A stretch of DNA of 64,000 nt from Octopus sinensis. Its lineage: Eukaryota. Every line of letters begins with the position of its first letter. Positions within the stretch are counted from its first letter, which is position 1. The notes under the pieces were generated by a model. That model was not told the DNA's origin. It was given only the letters and a program-made list of their open reading frames with translations, and did no database searches. The stretch covers positions 13,721-77,720 of the forward strand of contig NW_021831843.1 of the NCBI RefSeq assembly GCF_006345805.1, read 5' to 3'. This document shows positions 27,315-41,094 of the stretch, in pieces. The translations under genes and the position numbers were made by a program.

Positions 27315-27662
27315 AATATTGCTTTGGTAGCCTCTTCAGGAAGGTGACATGGAAAACTTTACTCATTCAGATTACAATGTTTACGCTATATAGCTATGTA
27401 GATGCGAGCAGACATAGATATTCTCTGGGCTCTCCTGCCTGTGGCCCAATCCTAAATATGACAGCTAAAGAACGAAAGGGTTGCAACGGTGGTAGGCTGT
27501 CACTTATTTTCAGCTGAATAAAATAGGATAATACGACTGATGAAGGAAACGTGTCCAAATTTTATAACCTTCAGCCCAGCATTTTGTCCAATTTGCCATG
27601 TACTATCACACACACACAAACACACACACACACACACCACAAACACATACACACAAACACAT

Positions 27663-27694
<32 letters not shown>

Positions 27695-27927
27695 GAGTGA
27701 GTGGACAAACGAAAGGAAAGGTATTCAATACATTTAGTAGGTGTTAAATGTATTATTTAATGCTGTTTTATTCGGTTCCATGCGACATAATATTTTGCAG
27801 ACATCTAACGAATGCCTGTCCCTTTCAGGTTTTACTTTACCGGCAATCTTAAGACAGAATGACACAGCTTTCTGTTAGGGACCTGCGAAATCCTAAGTCA
27901 CATGGAGCGGAATTAAGCTGTCTTAAA

Positions 27928-27965
<38 letters not shown>

Positions 27966-29774
27966 GGGGACAAGCGAAAGAAACTGGCGCTTAACGCATC
28001 TGGTAGGAATTACGCATATTTCTTTTCAATAGAAGTTTGACTCAACTTCATACGCGATTTCTGATGTGCTTTGTTCGTGTACTACACGTCCACGAAACTT
28101 TGAGTCATGTAGCGCTGAGTCAAACTGCCGCTAAAAACACTAGCATATGTATAGGGGTGTGCTGTCTATCTGTGAGTATGTATAAATTCATACCTATATA
28201 AGTGTAAATGTATGTGTGGGTGTACATGTGTCTTGGCGTCTTAAAGAAAAATTAAATTAAACTTTAAATCAGTTTTCACGTCATCAGATTTAAATATTTC
28301 TAATCTTTCAAATCTTTTTTCCTGTTTCTTTCTTTTTCTTTTTCTTTTTTTATTTGTCAGAATATAAGAACACTAATACTCACAGTCAAATATGAAAACT
28401 GCAACAAATTTTTTTCAACCTATAAATTAGTCTCGTAATATCTTTTATCATAGTAAAAAAAAAAGCACAACCATACATTCACACACACATACACTTATGT
28501 ATACTGACACAGGAGGAAAAAAAAATCAATGTACCGATCTGCCCATAAATGTGCATGACGATAATTAAAAAAAAAAATGTTATATTTGCTCTTGTGATAT
28601 TTGTCACTATCATGATCTAAAAACGTTATGTGGTTATATAGTTTACATTTTGTGGTGTTCGAATGAAATAAAGATGCAAACACACATCAATGTGCCTTTG
28701 TTCTTTTCTGATTTAATAATATAATGAAAGAAAACAAAATAAAATTTAAGAATAAATATAAAGAAAGAGATGTTATTAAAGACACTTGACGCAATATCGG
28801 AAAGATAAGTTTTAATTTTCAGTGAAATATATAACTTTGAGGTTAAAGCATTTAGTTTCTTACTTAATATCTAGTTATAAAGTTTTATATCACTAGTTCA
28901 GCTTTCCAAATTTGCATAAGCACAATATACATGCGCAAACAGACGCAAATATTTATATACCTTTATACACACATATATCGTGGACTGCTCTATTCACACA
29001 TATAGAGACAGAGAGATATTTATTTGAATATATTATGTATATAGTCCATAATATACATATAATGCATATACAAGTATACATGTACACACACACACACGCA
29101 CATACATATATATATATATATATACATATGTGTGTGAGTGTGTGTGTCTCTGTGTTTCTGAATACGAATGTGCATTTGTATATATATATATATTTCTAAT
29201 ACATGTATATGCAAAACTGGTTTTCAATGTATGTTATATAATACATACAATATCTGGCTACATTTATATTCATACAAGTGTATACACTTTTTATACACAT
29301 ATACCCACGAATAACGCTATTCTTGTGATAGGATACCTGAAAACATGTGAAGTACTTAAACGAAATCCCCGTTACTCCTACGTATGGTAGACCATAAAAA
29401 ACTTTTTGCAGCCAAATATCTTTAGGATTTTATTGATCCTGTGAAAAACAAAGAAGATTGTGGGATAGTGTCTTAAGAAACAACCAAACACACATTTTTA
29501 TTACAGAGATTACTCAATAGATTCGACTCAAATAGGTTTGAACTCGAAAGATTTGCCGTTAAACATTTTGTTCGTCACTAAACCGACTGTGCCGATGCTA
29601 TATTGAATGTTTTTTTTTTTTTCTGCAAGCTCTAAATATTGAAATTATTTTTGCATCTAAAGAAAATTCTCTGAGAAATATTCCCTAACATATAGTCTCA
29701 AAACAAAAGTCCATCCCATCTAGAATGGCACACACACACATAGTGCTTTCTAGTTTTGACACGAGTTAAGCAGT

Positions 29775-29916
29775 TTTGAGAGAAGGGACAAGTCTGTTAG
29801 ATCGGTCATAGTATTTGACTATTTGATGGTACTTTATTTTATCAAATCGGAATGTAAAGACCCAGAAGCAATGCCACTAAACATTTTGTCCAACACACTA
29901 ACGATTCTGCCAGCTA
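29775..29916 (-). mobile_element. SINE family A, old and internally deleted
   Basis: ACTAACGATTCTGCCAGCT head (reverse complement of AGCTGGCAGAATCGTTAG) and GGTACTTTATTTTATC core. Confidence 0.6.
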
Positions 29917-31674
29917 ATGAACTCATATGTAATGCACAATAATACAATCCCAAGATAAGCTACGAACGTTTGTAATTTACTTTACAACTTGATCACAAAA
30001 ATCAACCCTGTTGGAGGAAACGAAATTCCGTAAATACCCTAACAACTTCTTAAGAGTTATGTTAATTCCATTTTGACCAGAATTCATCAGCTGATTAGCA
30101 GATATTATATTGTGAAGTATAATATGCCTTGCAGGTACTTTTTCAAGCACTTTACTTTGAGATCAAATGGCGTTGAAGTCAACGTCGACATTGTTTCTTT
30201 CGTTGTCAATAGAATAAAATTCTTGCTTTTAATTCAAACAGTAGGCGACTTCCCGTGAAAACGCTTGCCTTGATTCTATGAACGAAATCATCATTATGGC
30301 AATAATTCAGATTGGCAGACATGTTTGAACTTTAAGACAAACAGTACTAATGTATCCTATACATTTAGAATTCATATCTCGTCGAAGTCAAAATTTGAAA
30401 AAGAATAAAGTATAGGTTAAATACTTATACTCATCAATCCCTAAACATAACGGTTTAGGGATTGTTTATAGTCCAATAACTTGTAGAGGCGACAGTCTAT
30501 GTCCCCATGGTGCATAAATGACTGAAATGACAAAATTGCCCCTTGAACAGGACGCTAGTACGCGGTGGGGTTACTCGGTTAGCATTGCTCAAATCCGTTC
30601 ATTTGAGTGGACCAGAGCAACGTGAAATAAAGTCTTTTGCTCATGAACCAATAGGTAATACAGCTTCACAGTTAAGTAATGGAAGCGATTTATATACTCT
30701 TATAATACCTTCTAAATGCTTCAATCGTTTTATCATACTTGAAGGGAAAAATCCTCATGCTTTTGTTCATAGTAAAAATTGCTTGGATTTCATAGTATTG
30801 AATAATGTTTAGTTGAGTTGACCTTATATATTATTAAGATAATCCTCCTTACGCACGCACACATATATAGAAACCTGCACAAACATACACTTACACAGGC
30901 ATATGTAGCAGTGTAGATACAGATAAATCGATAGGGAGCAAAGTAGGGAAGGTCTGTAAGTAACAGATTCCGTTTATGTATACATGAATGTATATTGTAT
31001 ATATGCATTGTGTGAGGGCATACGCAAATGTATGATTGAGTGCAAATGAAGAATATCCTTCATTAACTTAATTACAATACATCTTATTAATTAGAAAGCA
31101 ATGCTGGATTCTAATTACAATATGGCTCCCTTCACTTCCTATTTATACTTACATATATATATATACATATATATATACATACATATATATATATATATAT
31201 AATATATATATATATATTATATATATATATATATATAACATATATACATATATATATATATGTACATATATAATATATATATATATACATATACATAGAT
31301 GCATACATACATGCATTAATAAGTGTATATATATATATATATAATATATATATATATACGTGTGTGTGTGTACTTATATAAAAGGAATCATTGGCAAATG
31401 CTTGACAATTATTTGTAAAACGAGCCACACAATGCGAGTGTATGTGCCTGTGCGTGTGAGTGCGTGCGAGAGTTTACAACCTATTATTCTGTCTATACTT
31501 TCACTTGTTTCAGTCATTGGACTGTGGCCTTTCTAATGCGTCACCTTGAAGTGCTTATTGAACCATGACGACCTTATACTTATTTTTAAGCCTTCCACTT
31601 GCTGTATGGATCTCTTTTCAAAGAAATACTGAGCAAGGAGAAAAGGGGAAGCAAAGAAACAACGGTAGTCATAA

Positions 31675-31723
<49 letters not shown>

Positions 31724-31808
31724 AACAGACACACATACAAATATATATATATGTATGTATGTCTCTCTCCCTCTCTCTCTCTCTCTCTCTGTATATATAT
31801 ATATATAT

Positions 31809-31906
<98 letters not shown>

Positions 31907-32399
31907 AGTGAGTGAGAGATATAGACAGAGAGAGACAGAGACAGACATAGATGTAAGCACTGAGTCAGTTATATCGATTGATAACCTTCCCTGAAGACGT
32001 ACGCATTTCAGTAACAGTGAAGGTGTGGACGTATGGGTACATAAGGTATGTGTTTGGTTGCTTATATGCGCATTTGTGTATGTGTCTGGGTGTGTACACC
32101 TACGTTCGCTATTAAAGTGCATACAACAAGCTAGGCACGCACGCTATTGTAGAAATGTGAAAGTGGCAATAAGAGGCAATGCTAAAATAATAGAGTAGGA
32201 CGAAGAGACAGGAGTAAGAGACAAAAGTTAACCTCTTCTTCCTCTCCCAAATGAGACATGCACTGTTCTACCCACTCTCGCAGTCTCACTTTTTCTGTTT
32301 CTTCCTCTTCGTTTGGTTCCAATGATGTGAAATGCTAGTTTAGTATATTGAAACCCCTTCGAGAATGAGTTGGAGAGAAAACAATGGAAAGGAAAGAAC

Positions 32400-32487
32400 G
32401 ATATGACACGACACAGCGGTAAAGAGAGAGAGAGAGAGATAGGAAGAGATATAGTAAAGAAAAGACAGAGAGGGGTTTAAGAAGGAA

Positions 32488-32537
<50 letters not shown>

Positions 32538-32835
32538 AGAAGAAATAAATACAGGCTAGCAGAGAGAAAGGGAGACAGGGAAGAGAGAAAGAGAGGAAAG
32601 CGATGGGAAAGAGGATTAGGGCTAAGAAACGAAAGAGTGAGAGAAAGAGAGAGAGAGAAAGAGAAAAAAGGAAGAATGGAAGAAAGAAAGAAAGACAGAA
32701 AGAATGAAAGAAAGAAAGAACTGGGAATGAATATAGAGAGAAGGAGACAAAGATAGGGAAATGACATACAGACAAACGGACAAACAGACAGACAGAAAAA
32801 TAAATAGACAAACGAGACAGAAAGAGACAGAAATA
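32400..32835. repeat. Polypurine (GA/GAAA/GACA) tract
   Basis: Strongly purine-biased + strand; source of the poly-F/L/S minus-strand ORFs. Confidence 0.9.
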
Positions 32836-34798
32836 ATTGAACTTCTGGTGACGAGAGACACAGAAATAGCATGTGTGATGGTGATGGTTGCCAAGCTCGG
32901 TTACCCACCGGAGCACCTTACGAAGCATTGTCTCTGAGCGAGTTAATTGCGTTTTGACATATTAGGTTGCTAGCAGTGATTGAACTTCCGAACCCTTAGC
33001 TCACCGAGGAATCAAAACCAATTTCACAAATTGCTAATCAGACTCTTGATGAAGATTATGTGGACTTATTTTCTATCACTTTAGGTTTAGCAAAGCAAAG
33101 TTTGTAGAATATTGGCGCAGTAGTGTACAGAATTGCGATTGGAATATGACGATGCCAGTAAGATCTATACATACTTGCAAGCACATATATGTAACTTGAT
33201 ATATATATATGTATATACTAAATCAAGCTAGCAAATTGAAACTTCGAAGTCACTATGAACCCATACTTGTAAACGTTTAATAAACATACATCCTAACGAA
33301 AATACACAGCAGGCCCTCTGTTTAATACTAAGCTGGTTTTATACATAACGCGACCAACATAATATATAAATATATGTAAGTTCAGCAAAATTTAGATTCA
33401 AATGAATATGGTACTTAAGTAAGAGGCATCAGAATTTTGTATGGAATTATCCATATAAATCCATGGGGTGGTTATAATCAAAATAAGCAACAAGAATATC
33501 TTCGGTAATTTGGTACGATCCTTTCATGCTAGTTCATTTTATTAAACATTGAAAGTATTAAATCAGTTTTAAAATGTTGAGCAATCTTCACCCATTTATA
33601 GAAGTCTTCCATCAAAGGGACAATACATATATATAAATATATATATACACATATACATACATCAAGAGTGCGTACACACACACACACTCACACACACATA
33701 CATACGAATATTTCTTTCTGACTTTGAATCTTAAGATGATAGTCTCTGAATTTCATTCCTACATGAGCCACAACAAAACTAAAATGCTAGTCAAGTCAGG
33801 GGGAATGATCATTATGCAAATATTCACATCCGCCATATTTATGACGTTATCCCAATGTAAAAACGTATGCGCTACCGACTTTAGCCTTAAGGTGCAAGGA
33901 AAACGCAAAAGCTATGCCTCATTATGTTTTGCGGTCAAATCCAGCAATGGCCGACTTTTCAATAATACTTTATATTGGAAAAGTGATAACCAAACGTCTT
34001 TCAGATATTTACGACTATCACAGCATTGATTGTCTGTAGTGTATTAGTGGATCCCTACACAAAACATCAATCTATCTGTCTGGCAATTAATGCTTCCATA
34101 TATTTTTTCTTACCATCTGCTCCAAGTACACAAACATGCCCAAATAAAAGAATATATCTATGTACACAGATATGTAATCCTCTGTATATATACATGTATA
34201 CATATAGATATATATGCATATATGAATGTAGATATGTGTGTCAGTGTTTATATGTGTGTGCGCGCGCGTGTGTGTGTATGTATGTATATATAGATGGATA
34301 AATAGAAAGAGAAATACAAATATACATACACATAAATCTATTTATCTATCTATCCCTTCTGTCTGTATGTATGTGTGTATGTATGTGTGCGCTCGTGTGT
34401 GTGTGTGTTGCATGTACATCGTATTTAACACACACTCACAAATGTAGAGATAACTTCGTGAGCATAAATTGTCTTGAATATATGACATATCATTATACAT
34501 TCTCTGAATACAAATGCATGTAAATACACACACACACACACACACACACACATGATTGTGTATATGTGAGTGTGTGTGCTTAGGTCACAGATGCACCTAA
34601 GTCGTAGACAAGCACAGCGACTATGCCAAAGGTTTTGTACGTTTCTATATATTAACACGAATAGGAAATACAATTTATTATACTTTTAGGCTTAATTGAA
34701 AAACTAACACACTATAAAATATTTTACTCCCCTCCTACGTACAACAGACAACAACAACAAAAAAATAGATTTTGAAATAGTTATTGCAGAGAGAGAGA

Positions 34799-34885
34799 GA
34801 GAGAGAAATCACGAGCGAAGGTTAGAGAGAGAAATCACGAGCGAAGGTTAGAGAGAGAAATCACGAGCGAAGGTTAGAGAGAGAA
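34799..34885. repeat. 26-bp minisatellite x3.3 (GAGAGAGAAATCACGAGCGAAGGTTA)
   Basis: AAATCACGAG starts at 34806, 34832 and 34858; copies are identical. Confidence 0.97.
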
Positions 34886-35612
34886 GGAAAAAATAAATTC
34901 TCTCTTTATTTCCACATAAACATACAAATCTACTCCCTCATATTGCATATTCAATATTCACACCCTATAAACTTCAACAGAACAATAACTACTATTAACT
35001 TCTCATGAAAATATATCAAGTATTCTGATTATTATTTTATGCAACAGGGAAAAAAAAAAAAAAAAACATAAATCGGAACAACTATAAAATATATGAATAA
35101 AAAAAGGAGAAAACAAAAACATATGAATAGATATAAAGGATTGCAATATTTGTTGCATGTGTTGCTGCTGTTGATGATGCTGTTGTTTGCAATGTTTGTT
35201 GTTGTTGTTGTCGGCGTTGGTGTTTTGTCGTAGCTATAGATGAGGAAACGTTCGTATTTTGTAGCAAGCGTTGGTGGAAGTGCGCATGGCTAGTCACAGG
35301 AAGTAGTAAAACTTCATATATAAGGGATTTTTTTATTAGTATTCTTTCACGTCATATACATATACAACAGACAATGACACACACACAAATGCATACACAC
35401 ATTTATACGCATATATATACATATACGAAGTTTATAAGTCTCCGTGGTGAACACATTATATATACATATACACATACATATATATTAATATATATGAAAT
35501 TATAAGTCTGAGAGGTAAATGCGTATGTAAATACATATATGGATACATACATATGTGCATATATATATGTATATATGTATGTGTATATGTATATATATAA
35601 TATATATATTAT

Positions 35613-35669
<57 letters not shown>

Positions 35670-35750
35670 TATATAATATATATATATTTAGCCCTAAATA
35701 TACATATATATATAGACATACATATATATATGTGTGTATATATGTGCGGG

Positions 35751-35782
<32 letters not shown>

Positions 35783-36190
35783 ATATCTATGTATATGTAT
35801 ATACACATATATATGCATGCTTACACATACACACAGAAGCACACACACACACACACATATACACAAATATATAGCAATTTTATGTAGACGCAGTTACATA
35901 TTTATTTTCGATATAAACGCCATTTACAAGATGGCTATCTGTATTCCTAATCATCAGTTATATCAAATATATAGAAATTTAACATTGCCTCTGTATTGAG
36001 TACCTTTATTGACAAAACTAATACATATTCTTACTAAATGAAATTTATTACGCAGACTCAGAGAGACAGAGAGGCAGGGTGGGGAAATAAATAGAGATAC
36101 AGACGCTTGATTGCGTGGTTACATGCCTATGTGTTTCAATGCAACTCTCTCTCTCCTCTCTCCATCCCTCTCTTCACCTTTCTTGCTGTG

Positions 36191-36324
<134 letters not shown>

Positions 36325-36350
36325 TAGATATAGATATATACACACAGAGA

Positions 36351-36545
36351 GTCGCCATGCTTGATCGCTAAATCTGTAAGAATTTTATTCTTTCTCTGTT
36401 TATTTTCTCTTATTCCTTTCTGTTGAAGAGCGCAGGCTCGAAATATAAAAGACTTTCTCACTTTCTCGTGTGTAACAGTAATACACCTGCTTGTTGTTCA
36501 TACTCCTATCTTCGTGTTTTGTGTTTTTCTGTAAATTTCAGCTTT
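36351..36545 (+). mobile_element. Short Penelope-like/retrozyme-like element, copy 2
   Basis: Colinear with 15371-15555; follows a long (GATA)n tract. Confidence 0.7.
36416..36451 (+). ncRNA. Degenerate minimal type-I hammerhead ribozyme motif
   Basis: CTTT-CTGTTGA-A-GAGC-GCAG-GCTC-GAA-ATAT-A-AAAG. Helix I CTTT/AAAG, helix II GAGC/GCTC, palindromic helix III ATAT; one core change (A6U). Confidence 0.55.
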
Positions 36546-36589
36546 ATATATATGTGTGTGTATATATGTATGTGTGTGTGTGTGTTAGC

Positions 36590-36970
36590 GAAGGTGTAGT
36601 TCTATGGTAAGAAGTTCATTTGCAAAGCATATGTTTCAGGGTTCGGTCGCGCTGTGTACCACTTTGGGCAAATGTCTTCTACTCTAGGCTTGGGCCGATC
36701 TGTCACTGGATTTTGTAGACAGACACTGAAAGAAACAAGTTGTGTATATATGTGTGTGTGTCTGTAATTGTCCCTTGCTACAGCTTGACAACCAGTATTG
36801 GTGTGTTTACATCCCCGAAAGCTAGCAGTTCGTCAGAATCGGATAAAATAAGTACCGAACTATAAAGACAAACAAGTACTACGGTCGATTCGTTCGATTT
36901 AATTCCATTCAGATCTATGCCCCAGCGTGGCCTCTGTGCAATAAATAAAGCAAGTTAAAGATATAAGAAG
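36590..36970 (+). mobile_element. SINE family B, degenerate
   Basis: GGTAAGAAGT.. head, TTGGGCAAATGTCTTCTAC, CTTGACAACC..TGGTGTGTTTACATCCCCG, ATAAGTACC core. Confidence 0.7.
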
Positions 36971-37236
36971 ATTCCAAACTAGCCTGCGCCTGCTTAACTG
37001 AATGTTACAGGAGACCGATTTATTATTTTAAAATATGCTACATTTAATAGTTAGGTGTCATAGAAAAGCTCTCCATTGCTGACAATTTGGATTGCCAATA
37101 ATCGTTTAAATAATGGTGCATAGTTTGAAACCATAATTTCCATATGATAACGGTGTTTTGGTGATATTTTTTCCGTATTTCTTATATTTTATTTATAAAT
37201 CTATTATTTATTTATTCATTTATTTATTATCTGCAG

Positions 37237-37488
37237 TTATTTCATATATAGCTACTGGGCCAAGACGTGGACTCTGTTAGGAGGAATAAGCTGCGAGAAA
37301 GAGAAGTTAGATATTCAAGTCAAAGCTTTTTTCCTTGGAAGTGGCGAATCGCATCCGATGACTTATTCTGGAACACCTTCGATCACAACAATTCTGCTTG
37401 CCAATGATGACCTGGATTTAGAAAATGAATTATGTACCTATGAGTTCTACTAATCACCTAAGGACGGGGAACCAAGCCCATCCAGTAG
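37237..37488 (+). other. Candidate 252-nt exon (unrecognised; 71 open codons in phase 1, then stop)
   Basis: Acceptor TTATTATCTGCAG| at 37236, donor AG|GTAAGT at 37489, non-repetitive GC-richer interior. The peptide is not recognised. Confidence 0.3.
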
Positions 37489-37690
37489 GTAAGTATATTT
37501 AATAATATTGATGATGATGATGATGATGATGATGATAAGAGGTGATGATGATATATTCCAAATTTTGTATACTGCCTTACGTGGATGTAGTACTATAAAG
37601 CCAAATACTACAGGATGTGCCTTTACAGACCCTCTCATATAGACGTACGGTGGTACTAAGAGAACACACATATATATCGATTTCAAATTT

Positions 37691-37965
37691 TTGTCACAGG
37701 GGCAGCTTGCGGGAGGGCATTAAGTCAATTACATCGACCCCAGTGCCTGACTGGTATTTATTTAATCGACCCCGAAAGGATGAAGGCAAAATAATCATAC
37801 ATACATATATCTATTTTTTTATTGTCCACAAGGGGTAAACACAGGGGGGACAAGCAAGGACAGACAAAGGGATTTAAGTCGATTACATCGACCCCAGTGC
37901 GTAACTGGTACTTATTTAATCGATCCCGAAAGGATGAAAGGCAAAGTCGACCACAGTGGAATTTT
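37691..37965 (-). mobile_element. Two tandem 5'-truncated SINE family A copies (37691-37790, 37821-37965)
   Basis: Both contain TTACATCGACCCCAGTGC..ACTGGTA.TTATTTAATCGA.CCCGAAAGGATGAA but have different 3' tails. Confidence 0.88.
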
Positions 37966-38767
37966 CTAAATGCATATACCGTTAGCAGAAGAGAACCATG
38001 AAGAACTGATTCACGTGATTTCCGTGTACATCGCTTCTTGTTGCAAGTATCTGCGCATTGCACAATAGCGAAATCTAACTGTCAACTATTTTAACAATAA
38101 TAATTACTTTCCAGGCACAGTTATTTTTGAGAGGATCTACATAAAATTTAAACAAAATGAACACACACACATACATAGATAAACGCTCACACACACACAC
38201 ATGTACATATATTATGTCTTTTTTCATATTATATATGATATATACATGCATTTATATACATTTGTGTATGTTTGCACAGAGGCTGAGCTTGAGAAAAAGA
38301 GAAGGAAAAACGGAAAAAATGAGAGTAAAAAAGGAAAGTAGGCGGAAGAATAGAAAAAACAATTAGAGCCACAAAACAGAGAAATAAAGGGAAAGGGCAG
38401 ATAGTGCATGTGTGCAAAAATGCTTGTTCTGTAAACCTTGAAGTGTGTCCCATGCACACTTTTAATATGAGGTAAAGAGTTCACAGTTTGTTAGGAAGCA
38501 AATATATTATCAACTCTTCCCACACACGGTGCGTTATCGGTGTCCACGTGAATACATTTATGAAAGCACGTTGGGTGTGATATATATTTGCTACATGAAA
38601 AAACACTCTGACGCACGCGTGTGCATGAATGTGTGTAAGTATCGTCAGCTTTGCAATGAAGTTCCTTTGGTACTTTTAATAAATACGCGATTAATCTTTC
38701 TCTGTGAATAAACACAGGTACTATTTGCACGGTGATGTGTACACACACACACACAAACAAACACACA

Positions 38768-39121
38768 TTCTTTTATTCTTCTATTTGTTTCAGTGATTTG
38801 ACTGCGACCATGCTGGAGTACCGCCTTTAGTCGAACAGATCGACACCAGGACTTATTCTTTGGAAGCCTAGTACATATTCTATCGTTCACTTTTTCCCGA
38901 ACCGCTAAGTTATGGAGACGTAAACACACCAACATCGGTTGTCAAGTGAGGTACAAACACAGACACACAAACATATATACATGCAACGGGCTTCTTTCTG
39001 TTTCCGTCTATCAAATCCAATCACTTGGCTTTGGTGAACCCGAGGCTATAGTTGCCGAAAGTGCCACGCAGTGAGATTGAACCCGGGACCATGTGATCGG
39101 TAAGCAAGCTACTTACCACAC

Positions 39122-39122
<1 letters not shown>
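38768..39122 (-). mobile_element. SINE family B, young near-full-length copy
   Basis: Reverse complement is colinear with 40141-40485 over head, core and tail. Confidence 0.9.
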
Positions 39123-39181
<59 letters not shown>

Positions 39182-39188
39182 ATGTATG

Positions 39189-39223
<35 letters not shown>

Positions 39224-39422
39224 ATATATATATATATATATAATATATATATATATAGTATATATATATATATATATATACACATACACACGCGCACACA
39301 CATATATTTATATTAAGAAAAAGTAGTCAGGATTTGAATAAAAAGTACTTATATAGCGCATTCGCCCCTTTCAGGGATAATATGTGTGTGTGTGTGTGAG
39401 TATATGTGTGTGTGAGAGAGAG

Positions 39423-39454
<32 letters not shown>

Positions 39455-40140
39455 TGTATGTATGTATGTGTATGTATGTATGTATAGTTTCCTAGGTTGT
39501 CAAGCAGGTAGGCATGCCTAATATTTATATCTGTACTGATTAGCTTGAAAATGTAATAAACATGGATCATGCAATCTTCTTGTCAGTTAATTGTTCAGTT
39601 TGACGTGGGCTTACGAAATCTGCATATTTTACCTGGTCTAGACACTTACGTGATGGCTATATTTGTTACATTGACAGATGACTGATGGTACTCCCCACCA
39701 TGCTACACAACGAAGCGTGTCACCAAGCGACCACTGATCTATGACAACAAACAGTCAAAGCTCCGTCACGTAACTGCCAATCCTCGTATCATTTTGTATT
39801 CTCGACGTCCCGAAGTAAAAGCAAGATGAATGCGGTTGAAACAGTAATAATCATGCCTCTGTTTCACTTGGTTTGATCTTGATCTAAATAACAGCAACAA
39901 CTGAGAAATATCGCACGTACACGCATATACTTAACAGGTCGCGAATTGCAACGAAGTTTTGACAAACCTAACCGATTGATTGATTGATCGAACGATTAAT
40001 CAAGTAATTGATTACTTAGTTAGTTAAATTGGTAACTAATTGATTAATAGTATTAAAAGAAGAGAAAAGAAAGCAGTAGGGGGTGTTTATTATTGGCATA
40101 ATGACCCTCCCAAGATACAAAAAAACACCTATTTTAACAC

Positions 40141-40485
40141 ATACGTGCAGGAGTGGCTGTGTGGTAAGTAGGTTGCTTACCAACCACATGGCTCCGGGTT
40201 CAGTCACACTGCGTGGCACCTTGGTCAAGTGTCGTCTACTATAGCCTCGGGGCGAACAACGCCTTGTGAGTGGATTTGGTAGAAGGAAACTGAAAGAAGC
40301 CCGTTGTAACTATATATATGCATCGGTGTGTTTACGTCCCCGTCATTAGCGGTTCGGCGAAAGAGATCGATATAATAAGAACTAGGCTTACAAAGAATAA
40401 GTCCTGGGGTCGGTTTGCTCGACTAAAGGCGGTGCTCCAGCATGGCCGCAGTCAAATGACTGAAGCAATAAAAGAGTAAAAGAGT
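40141..40485 (+). mobile_element. SINE family B, young near-full-length copy
   Basis: A-box-like TGGCTGTGTGG and B-box-like GGGTTCAGTC; tail GCATGGCCGCAGTCAAATGACTGAA followed by AAAAGAGT repeats. Confidence 0.92.
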
Positions 40486-41094
40486 ATATATAAATTCTCA
40501 TCAAGAATCATGTAAATTAAATACGAGAAGGAAATATGTGCACATAGTCAATCAGCAAAAATACATTAAGAAAATGAATTGTAATGCTAAGTTTCATTAT
40601 ATCTGTTTTCCGCATAATGATAGATAAACCAGCAATTACGGATAACCAAGCAATTACAATCAGCAGAAAATTTATAGAAATCGTCGTAGTCTACTACATG
40701 GAGCGAGTGGAAATATGTCAATCGCCTCCATATTGGATTTGGACAAACCAGAGATACGAAATTGAAATAGGCACCTAATGTGGGGTACATTTTGTTTCAC
40801 AGTGGTACAGACCATATTATGAAGTATCTACTGTTTTCCTATTATAGAAAAAAACCCTGTTGTGTGAATGATTCTTCTAATAATAGTATATGTTAATTAG
40901 TTAGTTAATTTTTGGGCTCAAAAAACAAAAAGCAAGGCCATGTAGGGGAACATGGAGTTATGTATAGGGTGGTGCTCATATAAAGAGTTCAGGCCACTTG
41001 AGGTCAAGGGAGACTTTGAACAAAGCGGTCGTCGGCATCTTCACCATATATATATTAGTAAGGTTAGCAAAAAAGTTGAATGGTTCGATATAGA

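Noticed and set aside
27537-27556. CTGATGA-AG-GAAACGTGTC hammerhead-like words
   Set aside because: No helix II or helix I can form.
30435-30464. Perfect 12-bp hairpin CAATCCCTAAAC/GTTTAGGGATTG (also a 10-bp hairpin at 20715-20743)
   Set aside because: There is no downstream CTRR Helitron end or other context; isolated short hairpins can occur by chance in 64 kb.
34799-34885. CRISPR-like or other prokaryotic repeat array
   Set aside because: The repeats are contiguous with no unique spacers and the context is eukaryotic; no CRISPR, rRNA or intact tRNA gene was seen anywhere in the window.
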